DNA of 57,962 bases from Candidatus Nomurabacteria bacterium (GCA_943349675.1 CALQZN010000001.1:1-57962), one strand, 5' to 3'; counted from the stretch's first letter, positions 1-10,749 are shown. The notes: generated from the sequence alone by a model not told the origin. Made by a program: numbers and translations.

Positions 1-1
1 T

Positions 2-436
2 AGACCATGCACCCCAAAAAATGCCGAGCATACCACTCACCCACGCAGTGCGTTTAAAAGAATGCGTCAGGGCTTGTTGCAGCACATACCAACCAAGCAC
101 CACAGAAATGATGGCGTGCCACGCAAGCCCTGTCCACGAAATAGTAAACGGGAAAGGGATCCCTTCTGCACCAAAAAGAGTCATCGCAAACACACCTTCA
201 ACAAGCCAGCCAAAAAACGCGCCAATTAAAAATATGGCCCATATGCTCCGCGCCTTATACTCTTGCATCAAAATAAGACAGATATACGCCGCGACTGTAT
301 ATACCGCCCATGTCGCAAAAAAAGATCCAAACGTATCTTCCCCCTCTCGCCAAAACGACCAGAACACACGCTCAGAGTAAAAAAAACCAAATATAGCCGG
401 TTGCAATTGCAATAATAAGACGGCCAAAAAAACCAT
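2..436 (-). CDS. integral membrane protein, 3' end cut by window edge (absent from ORF track)
   Basis: Manual translation from ATG (434-436, minus): MVFLAVLLLQLQPAIFGFFYSERVFWSFWREGEDTFGSFFATWAVYTVAAYICLILMQEYKARSIWAIFLIGAFFGWLVEGVF... The frame stays open to position 2 and has several hydrophobic spans. Confidence 0.5.
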   Translation of the reverse strand, partial: MVFLAVLLLQLQPAIFGFFYSERVFWSFWREGEDTFGSFFATWAVYTVAAYICLILMQEYKARSIWAIFLIGAFFGWLVEGVFAMTLFGAEGIPFPFTISWTGLAWHAIISVVLGWYVLQQALTHSFKRTAWVSGMLGIFWGAWS

Positions 437-487
437 GTACGTTTATAAGTCTCATGGGGTTGTTGTACCAGCAATTTTAGACCCTCT

Positions 488-605
488 GTTCTGGCGGTTA
501 GCTACTCTCCCGCGCGGTAAAGCGCAGTACCATCGCCACTAGCGAGCTTAACTTCCGTGTTCGGAATGAGAACGGGTGTGACCCCACCGTTAAACCACCA
601 GAACA
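488..605 (-). rRNA. rrf: 5S rRNA
   Basis: The reverse complement reads TGTTCTGGTGGTTTAACGGTGGGGTCACACCCGTTCTCATTCCGAACACGGAAGTTAAGC...GGGAGAGTAGCTAACCGCCAGAACA, a canonical 5S sequence. Confidence 0.9.
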
Positions 606-719
606 TAAGGTCCAAAAGTAAATATGTAGTAACAACAAATTATTGCGATTCTCAAGTCTTTGCCCGCCGCAGTCCCATCCTTTTTACAGGACGAAGGCGG
701 GCTCTCACTCACAAGAGGA

Positions 720-4005
<3,286 letters not shown>

Positions 4006-4216
4006 CCTTTCTCTTGTGAGAGAGAAAAGGAGACTTAAGAACCGCAATAATTTGTTGTTATATATTTTTCTACAGTTCTAAAATCGCTTTCACGATTTTA
4101 GATTTACCTTGCCCATCTCCACTAAGCTGAAAAGACCCGTATGGGAAATTTCTCAATGGGATGGAATTTGTGTTGTCAAAGAAGCTCGCACTCTTCAGAT
4201 TTTTTCCAACAAAAAA

Positions 4217-4238
4217 GCCGCTTTTGGAAGCGGCGGCG
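4217..4238 (-). terminator. hairpin plus U-run (minus sense) in the rRNA leader
   Basis: Minus sense reads GCCGCTTccaaAAGCGGC followed by TTTTTTG. Confidence 0.5.
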
Positions 4239-4302
4239 AGCCACAAAGGCCTACCGTCTCTTCTAGGGTTGCTTTAACGTGGTCAACATATCTGTACAAA
4301 GG

Positions 4303-4331
4303 AGTATATAGGAGTATATAAAGGGTGTCAA
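4303..4331 (-). promoter_or_regulatory. sigma70-type promoter upstream of 23S
   Basis: Minus strand reads TTGACA-N17-TATACT (plus strand: tgtcaa 4326-4331, agtata 4303-4308). It overlaps a tandem 10-mer ggagtatata x2 (4301-4320). Confidence 0.55.
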
Positions 4332-4389
4332 ACCTGGGAGCCATGGAGGAAGAGCCCCTCTATTTTGGCCTGTATATACAATAAAAAAA

Positions 4390-4417
4390 CCACCCCCAGC
4401 GGTACCGCTGGGGGTGG
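4390..4417. terminator. bidirectional rho-independent terminator
   Basis: The hairpin CCACCCCCAGCGGtaCCGCTGGGGGTGG is flanked by A7 and T6 runs, downstream of the 4446-5132 CDS. Confidence 0.8.
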
Positions 4418-4445
4418 TTTTTTGAGACTCAAAAAGAAGGCGGTA

Positions 4446-5132
4446 TTAACGCTTGTTCTGCATGTCCTCGCGAGTGCGCTCAAGGAAACGTGCTGCCGCA
4501 TCTTGCCCACCCAAACCAAATGCCAAACCAAAGGCAAGTGCGAGCGCTACTACAATACCAGTGAAGAGTGTCTGGAGTACTCCTTGTGCAATTTGGAGTT
4601 GCTCGAGTGCTGCCAAAATTGCAAAGAGCCAAATGGTCCAACGTGCAAGTGTTCCTGCAAAGCCAGCAGCTTTAATACCAGCTGCGCGCGCAGACCCAGC
4701 GACAACACCATATACAACTTCAGCAACAACTGCTGCAACTAAAATAATAAGCGCAGCAACAATCACACTTGGAAGGAAGCTCACGATCTGCTGGATAAAG
4801 AAGGTCACTTGACCGAGGTTAAGTGCATTGAGTGCGGCGATAAGGAAAGCTAGGATGATAAACCATTTCACCAGCATCCCCATAAACATGCCTGCATTCA
4901 ATTTGTAGCCAGCACGATTAACGACAGGTTCAAACCCGGCAGTGCGGAGCGCGTGGTCAACTTTGAGCGCTTTGATAGCCTCTTCGATAACCCACCCAAC
5001 CCACACAGCGATAACCCACCCAACGACAAAAATAATAATAGCGAGCAGAAGGTTCGGAAGAAAATTAACCGTGCTTGCAAGCAAGTCCTCAAACGACTGC
5101 TGCAATACATAGCCCCATTGCTGAAGGATCAT
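4446..5132 (-). CDS. membrane protein with conserved TM-helix repeats (mechanosensitive-channel-like N-terminal type)
   Basis: From the ORF track. ATG at M13 is preferred as the start. The protein has multiple hydrophobic helices and repeated GxVxxA/L motifs. Confidence 0.6.
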   Translation of the reverse strand: MILQQWGYVLQQSFEDLLASTVNFLPNLLLAIIIFVVGWVIAVWVGWVIEEAIKALKVDHALRTAGFEPVVNRAGYKLNAGMFMGMLVKWFIILAFLIAALNALNLGQVTFFIQQIVSFLPSVIVAALIILVAAVVAEVVYGVVAGSARAAGIKAAGFAGTLARWTIWLFAILAALEQLQIAQGVLQTLFTGIVVALALAFGLAFGLGGQDAAARFLERTREDMQNKR

Positions 5133-5200
5133 GATATCTAAATACAGTAAACGAATAATAACGAACACTTCTATTGTAGCCCCTCTACCCCGGCTCTTTT

Positions 5201-5220
5201 TGGGTCGCTGTGGATAAGGC
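5201..5220. repeat. solo arm of palindromic repeat family A (perfect DnaA-box 9-mer)
   Basis: The sequence tgggtcgcTGTGGATAAgg matches the family A right arm (ctgggTGTGGATAAgt). It lies in the loop of the hairpin GGCTCTTT...AAAGAGCC (5192-5229). Confidence 0.6.
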
Positions 5221-5228
5221 TAAAGAGC

Positions 5229-5807
5229 CTACTTAGCACTCAAATCAAGCTTGTCGAGCAACACCTTGTGCGGATAATCCAGCACATCCCGCACCAACTT
5301 GTCATTCATATTGGCGCGGTACAAAAAGTCATTGCTTGTAAGCAGCGCATAACGTACTTCCTTCCCTATCTCAGCCTCAAGACCTCGGATGCGCTCGCGC
5401 AACTTACGTTCTTGCATTTTATCCCCCACCACAAACAGGTCCAACCTGTCATCCCAGTGCCCCATAAAAATTCCAGACAACACAACAAACTTCAGTGTCC
5501 CTGTGCCGCGAATGCGCTTTACAATGTCTGCTCCACGAGCGGGCGCGTTGAGTAATAAATTTTGGAGGGCCAGTGTGTATTCAAATTGTGTATTAAGAGC
5601 GTACCGTACACCCTTACCTCTGGTACTGCGTACCGCTAGACCAATGCGACAAAAAAGTTCTACTTCGTGGCGCGCCTCTGTGTCAGACACGCGAGCGCGA
5701 CGTGCAATGTCGCTAAGCAAAAGCGACTGGCGCGGGTTAAACAAAAAAAGTCGGAGGAGTTTTGTCCGGCCAGCTGACCCAAAGAGTTTCTGTAGTTTAT
5801 CAGTCAT
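5229..5807 (-). CDS. putative winged-helix transcriptional regulator with a nucleotidyltransferase-like C-terminal half
   Basis: The N-terminal segment LLRLFLFNPRQSLLLSDIARRARVSDTEARHEVELFCRIGL looks wHTH-like. The function is not established. Confidence 0.45.
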   Translation of the reverse strand: MTDKLQKLFGSAGRTKLLRLFLFNPRQSLLLSDIARRARVSDTEARHEVELFCRIGLAVRSTRGKGVRYALNTQFEYTLALQNLLLNAPARGADIVKRIRGTGTLKFVVLSGIFMGHWDDRLDLFVVGDKMQERKLRERIRGLEAEIGKEVRYALLTSNDFLYRANMNDKLVRDVLDYPHKVLLDKLDLSAK

Positions 5808-5902
5808 GCAGTAAATAAAAGTGTTACTTGGCTATTCTATGCAAAATACCGAAGGTGCGCAAAGACACACAAATGTGACAAAAGAAAGTCCCAGAAAAAA
5901 GA

Positions 5903-5925
5903 AAACCTACTCAAAAAAGAGTAGG
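5903..5925 (-). terminator. rho-independent terminator (minus sense)
   Basis: Minus sense reads CCTACTCttttttGAGTAGG followed by TTTTCTTTTTT. Confidence 0.6.
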
Positions 5926-6170
5926 CGGGCATAGGAGGGGGTGGTGGATGAAGAAAGAGCAAAAGGTGGAAAGAAGGATGGATGGGTGGGCGGGTGGAGA
6001 TAAAAAGAACTGAAGTTAAAGACAATAGGAAGTGGGGTGAGCGTGTAAAAAACAGAGGCTCGAAGATGTGGGCGCTGGCAGCAACCACAGTAGGTGTAAC
6101 CCTCAGGCCTCCACTGTCAGACTCTACTTAGTACTACTCACCTACACGCAGAAAAGTTACATACAAAAAA

Positions 6171-6192
6171 ACACCCAGCACATGCCGGGTGT
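6171..6192. terminator. bidirectional terminator downstream of rplL
   Basis: The hairpin ACACCCaGCacatGCcGGGTGT is flanked by A7 and T7 runs. Confidence 0.7.
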
Positions 6193-6233
6193 TTTTTTGT
6201 ATCAAGGTTTAAAGTTGCTTACTTAAGCTCAAC

Positions 6234-6300
6234 CTTGTCACACATAATTTCTTGCTAGAAATTTGCGCGACCCCGCCTCGGCACGACTGCCTCCGGCCGA
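6234..6300 (-). repeat. structured repeat family B, copy B1
   Basis: The copy contains GTCACACAT, the hairpin AATTTCT-tgct-AGAAATT, the core GCGCGACCCCGCCTCGG, the hairpin GGCA-cgac-TGCC, and the tail CTCCGGCC. Confidence 0.8.
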
Positions 6301-6308
6301 AAAGTTGC

Positions 6309-6737
6309 TTACTTAAGCTCAACTTTTCCTCCTGCAGCTTCAACTGCTTTTTTGAGTGCTTCTGCATCCTCTTTCTTCATTCCTTCTTTAAGGACTGATG
6401 GGACTGCGTCAACAAGGTCTTTTGCTTCTTTAAGTCCAAGTGAAAGCGCGTCTTTAACGGCTTTAATAACCTGCACCTTTGCGGCACCCGCGTCAGTTAG
6501 GTGTGCGTTAAAAGAAGACTTCTCTTCTGCTGCGTCCCCTGCTGCTGCTGGGCCCGCTACGGCAACTGCTGCAGCCGAGACACCCCAATGGCCCTCGAGG
6601 GTTTTAACCAACTCGTGGAGCTCGAGTACCGACATTTTTTCAACTGCACTTACGATATCTTTAAACTTTGCAGGGACCTCTACCTTACTTTCTGCTGCAG
6701 GCTCAGCTGCAACCGGAGCTTCTGTTTCGTCTGCCAT
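6309..6737 (-). CDS. rplL: 50S ribosomal protein L7/L12
   Basis: The C-terminal domain ...[56 protein letters not shown] is typical of L7/L12. The start is taken at MADETE; the N-terminus carries an extension of about 25 aa. Confidence 0.9.
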   Translation of the reverse strand: MADETEAPVAAEPAAESKVEVPAKFKDIVSAVEKMSVLELHELVKTLEGHWGVSAAAVAVAGPAAAGDAAEEKSSFNAHLTDAGAAKVQVIKAVKDALSLGLKEAKDLVDAVPSVLKEGMKKEDAEALKKAVEAAGGKVELK

Positions 6738-6747
6738 ATTTTTATAA

Positions 6748-7236
6748 TTATTCTCCCTTGTCAGCTTTTGCATTAAGCACTACTGCAAAACGCTGCAACG
6801 GACTATTAATAAGTTGTACAAACTGCGCACGGAGTGTCTGCATTCCAGGGATTGCCGCAATCGCTTTTATCTCGGTTGCATCAACATACTTGCCGCCAAA
6901 TACACCACCAGCAAATGCCAAGTGTTCGGGAAATTTCTTCACAAACACTGCCAACTCACGGGCTGGTGCCAATTCATCGGCACCGTACGCCAAAGCAATC
7001 TCGCCTTCAAGTACTGGTACCTCTCCTTGGAACTTTTGCGCATCAAGCGCGCGCTGCACAAGAGTCTTTTTTGCAACAGTGTAGCCAACCTCGCTTGCAC
7101 GAAGTGCTTTGCGCATTTCGTTCTGCTCGGCAACGGTCAAACCTTTAAACTTGGCAAACACTATGGTTGCCGCGTTTGAAGCGATGCCACTCATCTTCTC
7201 TATAATCTCTACCTTTTTCTCTTTGGTAATTGCCAT
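6748..7236 (-). CDS. rplJ: 50S ribosomal protein L10
   Basis: The sequence [15 protein letters not shown]...[15 protein letters not shown]...AYGADE is L10-like, and the gene sits directly upstream of rplL. Confidence 0.85.
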   Translation of the reverse strand: MAITKEKKVEIIEKMSGIASNAATIVFAKFKGLTVAEQNEMRKALRASEVGYTVAKKTLVQRALDAQKFQGEVPVLEGEIALAYGADELAPARELAVFVKKFPEHLAFAGGVFGGKYVDATEIKAIAAIPGMQTLRAQFVQLINSPLQRFAVVLNAKADKGE

Positions 7237-7242
7237 ACCCAA

Positions 7243-7363
7243 ATTCGATCATTATTCTTCTGTAGGGCTTGAGTTCGACCTCGACAGGCTGTCCGTTATG
7301 TAATAGTGGACAATTACTTCCCTTTTGGGGAGACCCGCTTTCTTTGGCCCTATGCAAAGCAGA
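7243..7363 (-). promoter_or_regulatory. candidate L10 (rplJ) autoregulatory leader
   Basis: The 5' UTR contains AAAGAAAGCG (7336-7345). This is identical to the GTPase-associated-centre segment of this window's own 23S (2817-2826). Confidence 0.35.
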
Positions 7364-7522
7364 TTATCTTGGGAGCGCTAGGTTGTCAACCGGTCCAGGA
7401 GGCGTAGTTTCCAACTGTGGCGCTACGACAATAATCACCCCAAACGCAAGCGCGAGTATAACCAAAAAACCCAGGGCAAAATGCCGAAACGTTTTTGTAA
7501 AATACCTGTCCATCCACTCCAT
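7364..7522 (-). CDS. small single-pass membrane protein (hypothetical)
   Basis: ORF track frame. The sequence MEWMDRYFTKTFRHFALGFLVILALAFGVIIVVAPQ has one TM helix. Confidence 0.3.
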   Translation of the reverse strand: MEWMDRYFTKTFRHFALGFLVILALAFGVIIVVAPQLETTPPGPVDNLALPR

Positions 7523-7526
7523 ACTA

Positions 7527-10046
7527 CTATGGCCCATAGACGAATGGAACAACGCGATACAAATGGCTGGGCGGAGCAAGATGTTCGGCAATGCCTCGTG
7601 TTAAGTACACACTAAACTGAGAAAACAAAGGTTCAGTAGTTACTGCCATAAACATCGGCGTGCCCGCCGCCACAGGCACTTCGTCGCCCATACGTGAGCG
7701 CCTAAACAACACTTCATTTCTGGCATCTTGTGCTTGGTAAAGAGGAGTCGAGCTCCCCTCAACTCCAACATAAAAACCAACACGCCGCGTGACGCTACTC
7801 GCGGCAAAACCAGTATAAAATAGGCATTCAGAAAAAGTGCTCTGTATGTGGTCGCCCGGGCGCACAATGCCTGGACTATCCAAACAACTAAAACCAACCG
7901 AAGGGGCCTGTTTACTGTTTTCTTCAAACGGTGTTCCAAGCACTGTGTTGCCTTCCCTATCTTTGACTGGACTTGCAGCAAAATAATATCCATCGTTACT
8001 TGCCCAACTGTCTACCAACTCTCCCGGAGCTGCCGCGCTTTTACGTTCCATCGACAAATTACTTTTCTCTACACCCCAAGGTGTATAGCGGGTAGTAGAG
8101 CCAACGGCACCACCACACCACCCTTCGCATGCCGACACTGGCGGCGTTTTGTCTAACACTAAAGTGGTAGATCCAACTTCCCAAACCAGCAACAACTCTT
8201 CTCCAGAAGCACTCAGTGGCACAAACGGTACAACCGGCGTATAGCTTGTGCTGGTATATATTTTAGAATTACGAAAAACACCGTCGCTACGTACAAATGT
8301 GTACGTAGGGGCCACCGACACCCTGTGCCCAGTGACAGCAGCAAACGTAGCGTAAAAGTCGCTCATAGGGTTAAGTGGTATGCGCTGCGCATTTTCTCCC
8401 ACCGTCACCAAAGCTATGTGCGCAAAGTCGAGCCAATAGTCGGTGCGGTTTTGAAGCTCCATCCACTGATCTTCCGTCGACGCGTTAGTACCAGCCCACC
8501 CAATTTCACTAATCACCAACGGACGAGTTGCAACAAAAAGTGAGTATGCCGACGACGTTGCAGCAGTACCTGCCGTGTCGTATGCAACTACCCGCACAGT
8601 AGAACTTGCGTTGTCGGCAAGTAAAATTGTCGCCGTATTTACCGTGGCAGTCACCTCTGCGTCCCCCACAAATATTTTATATTGTGCCGCAGCAGGAGGC
8701 GCGCTCCAAACAACATGCACCTCTCTAGTCGGCACGAGACAAAACTCTTTTTTTAAAGAGTATGCACACTCTAGTATTTGTACGACAGGCGGTGTTGTAG
8801 ACGCAGTAAACAGTCCAACGGGGGTCGTAGTCGCCGGCGACAAAGGGGTTGGCTCTTCGCTCGGCGTTGACTGTACCACAGCCGCGGTCTCTTTTTTACT
8901 GTGTCTACTTATGTATCGCATAACGACTGAGTCACCAGTCTCAGTAGAAGGCCCTGTTTGAGACCCAGCAACTCTGCCGCGAAGTGCGGTTGCAACCGCT
9001 GCGCCTTGCCTGTTGGCCTGCAAATCTTTTACATCAGATCCTTCAAGGCTTGACCCGTACAAACTCTTTACCACTTCAAAATCTTTTACACTGTCTTCTG
9101 GACTCCGAGGCTTTGGCGCACTTGCAACCCCAAAAGCACTTTGCACCAGCGCATACCCTTTTTGCACGGCACTCGCAGCAACATTAAACACAACCACCCC
9201 ACCTTGATATGTCAAAACTGCCCCTTCGCGAACAACATAGGCTGTTGGGTCGGCCACTCCAAAAACTATTTGCTGCGTACGGTAGCTAAGCGTTGTTTGG
9301 GGAACAGTAAAACAATCCCCCGCGCTTGTGCCACTTGCTCGGAGCTGCCCCAACCCGTCAGAAATTTCAGAAATTACACGCTCAGGCGCACCTTTCAAAT
9401 ATGCACCAGCAAAAGAGTGCCCAGGAAAGGCACTCTTAAAATCTTCAACAAGCAGTGGCATGTCTGCATTTGGCGGCAGCGGAGGTTTTGCACCAACTTT
9501 ACGCGCAGTGTCGGCCACCAGACGTATCATCAAGTCTTGTTTTGCTGTAATGTATTTGCCACTACCGGCAGTAACTGTGGCAGGGCTGCCGACGTTGTAT
9601 ACACCCAACGATTCTTTGGGCACCCCGTGGCCAAGTAAATAGTCGTACATGGCGTTGGTATAAAACGCCCCTTGGGAATGCCCCACAAGAAATACTTTCC
9701 GCGTCGTAACCTCTGGATGGATTTGTGTGAGTATAGTTTGTAAGTCAAAATCTGTTATAGAGCTGCCAAATATCTGCGCCGCCGCCTGCGCCAAATCCCC
9801 AGCCCCAGCCAAGTGGGTGGGGTTGTAGCCAACACGAACCACCACAGACTCTCCTTTATATTCCGCACCTAGATACCCTTGTAAGGCCTTGGCGTTTGCA
9901 TTTGCTTCGTCTTTAGATTTAAAAATTCCATTTACAAATATCACCGTGTAGTTCTTTTCTGAACAAGATAAAGCGTCCACGCGAAAAGGTAGAAATAAAA
10001 ATATACAGAAAACTATCTTGCTAATGTGTCCACAGAAACGTCGCAT
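7527..10046 (-). CDS. secreted alpha/beta-hydrolase (lipase-like GHSQG) fused to Ig-like and lamin-tail-domain-like modules
   Basis: The N-terminus has a signal-like segment. The nucleophile elbow is VFLVGHSQGAF. The LTD-like motif is VISEIGWAGTNASTEDQWMELQN. Confidence 0.65.
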   Translation of the reverse strand: MRRFCGHISKIVFCIFLFLPFRVDALSCSEKNYTVIFVNGIFKSKDEANANAKALQGYLGAEYKGESVVVRVGYNPTHLAGAGDLAQAAAQIFGSSITDFDLQTILTQIHPEVTTRKVFLVGHSQGAFYTNAMYDYLLGHGVPKESLGVYNVGSPATVTAGSGKYITAKQDLMIRLVADTARKVGAKPPLPPNADMPLLVEDFKSAFPGHSFAGAYLKGAPERVISEISDGLGQLRASGTSAGDCFTVPQTTLSYRTQQIVFGVADPTAYVVREGAVLTYQGGVVVFNVAASAVQKGYALVQSAFGVASAPKPRSPEDSVKDFEVVKSLYGSSLEGSDVKDLQANRQGAAVATALRGRVAGSQTGPSTETGDSVVMRYISRHSKKETAAVVQSTPSEEPTPLSPATTTPVGLFTASTTPPVVQILECAYSLKKEFCLVPTREVHVVWSAPPAAAQYKIFVGDAEVTATVNTATILLADNASSTVRVVAYDTAGTAATSSAYSLFVATRPLVISEIGWAGTNASTEDQWMELQNRTDYWLDFAHIALVTVGENAQRIPLNPMSDFYATFAAVTGHRVSVAPTYTFVRSDGVFRNSKIYTSTSYTPVVPFVPLSASGEELLLVWEVGSTTLVLDKTPPVSACEGWCGGAVGSTTRYTPWGVEKSNLSMERKSAAAPGELVDSWASNDGYYFAASPVKDREGNTVLGTPFEENSKQAPSVGFSCLDSPGIVRPGDHIQSTFSECLFYTGFAASSVTRRVGFYVGVEGSSTPLYQAQDARNEVLFRRSRMGDEVPVAAGTPMFMAVTTEPLFSQFSVYLTRGIAEHLAPPSHLYRVVPFVYGP

Positions 10047-10630
10047 GCGTTTGTATTCACTAACCCGTAACTAGTAGAAAAATCAAATGCTTCTTGTTTT
10101 TTTTCATTCCTAAGGCGTGTATTAAATACCAACCCTTCTACTTCACTTACTCGCTGATCAATAATCTTTCCAAATTCCACCAAATTTTCACGAGGATGCG
10201 TAAGCGAGAGGCAAAAGTTTGCACGCGAGTCTTCCTCAGCAACAGCCTTCCAGGTTTCACTATCAAAAACTTCTGTTAAAAACATTTGTTGCGTAAGGGC
10301 ATACTGCAACTGCGCCGCGCGGACACGAGGGGAGTCGGGGTACTTTTCAAAAATAGCCAACTCTACATCATCCCGAACACCGTTGTTGTTTGCATCAACA
10401 CCTTCCACCGTCGCATCATTTTCTTGTTTGCTGGGTGGGGGAGGGAGGTTATCTCCCAATACGTCCGCCAGAGTAATTTTCTGCGCATGGATGTGTGCAA
10501 CAGCTTGCTGTGTTTTTTCTTCTTCTCCTATAGCCCACACACGATATAGCACCACCGCCACATATGCGGCCCCTAGAATAAAAAGTGGCCAACGCGCCCA
10601 TTGCCAAACTCGTCTAAGCGAGGGCTTCAT
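10013..10630 (-). CDS. membrane-anchored hypothetical protein
   Basis: ORF track. It has an N-terminal TM segment (WPLFILGAAYVAVVLY). ATG at M3 is preferred as the start. Confidence 0.5.
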   Translation of the reverse strand: MKPSLRRVWQWARWPLFILGAAYVAVVLYRVWAIGEEEKTQQAVAHIHAQKITLADVLGDNLPPPPSKQENDATVEGVDANNNGVRDDVELAIFEKYPDSPRVRAAQLQYALTQQMFLTEVFDSETWKAVAEEDSRANFCLSLTHPRENLVEFGKIIDQRVSEVEGLVFNTRLRNEKKQEAFDFSTSYGLVNTNACDVSVDTLAR

Positions 10631-10657
10631 GAACAAACTCTACCACCCCTACCCTGC

Positions 10658-10721
10658 AAAAAGTTATCCACAGTTTTGCTTACAAAGGACTGACCTTCGT
10701 GGGTTCAGGTGTGGATAAGTG
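10658..10721. repeat. palindromic repeat family A, copy A1 (two perfect DnaA-box 9-mers)
   Basis: TTATCCACA lies at 10664-10672 and its complement TGTGGATAA at 10710-10718. The inner hairpin is CTTACAAAGG-actga-CCTTCGTGGG. Confidence 0.85.
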
Positions 10722-10749
10722 GCACAACAGAAAGCGGTATGATTTTGAT

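Noticed and set aside
21-474. Track ORFs 21-380 (+) and 268-474 (-). A TGA interrupts one minus-strand frame, which briefly suggested UGA recoding as in SR1/Gracilibacteria.
   Set aside because: A third frame (ATG at 436) gives an uninterrupted, convincingly hydrophobic membrane protein. All long genes in the window terminate normally with the standard code, so no recoding is needed.
4301-4320. The tandem 10-mer ggagtatata x2 as a repeat element or protein-binding iteron.
   Set aside because: There are only two units and they coincide with the -10 region of a strong promoter match. There is too little evidence for an independent function, so it is noted under the promoter instead.
5837-6088. 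83-aa minus-strand ORF in the purine/pyrimidine-skewed region.
   Set aside because: It is a low-complexity Pro/Leu/Phe/Ser translation of a pyrimidine tract with no ribosome-binding site. The region is treated as noncoding, a candidate ncRNA or 3' UTR.
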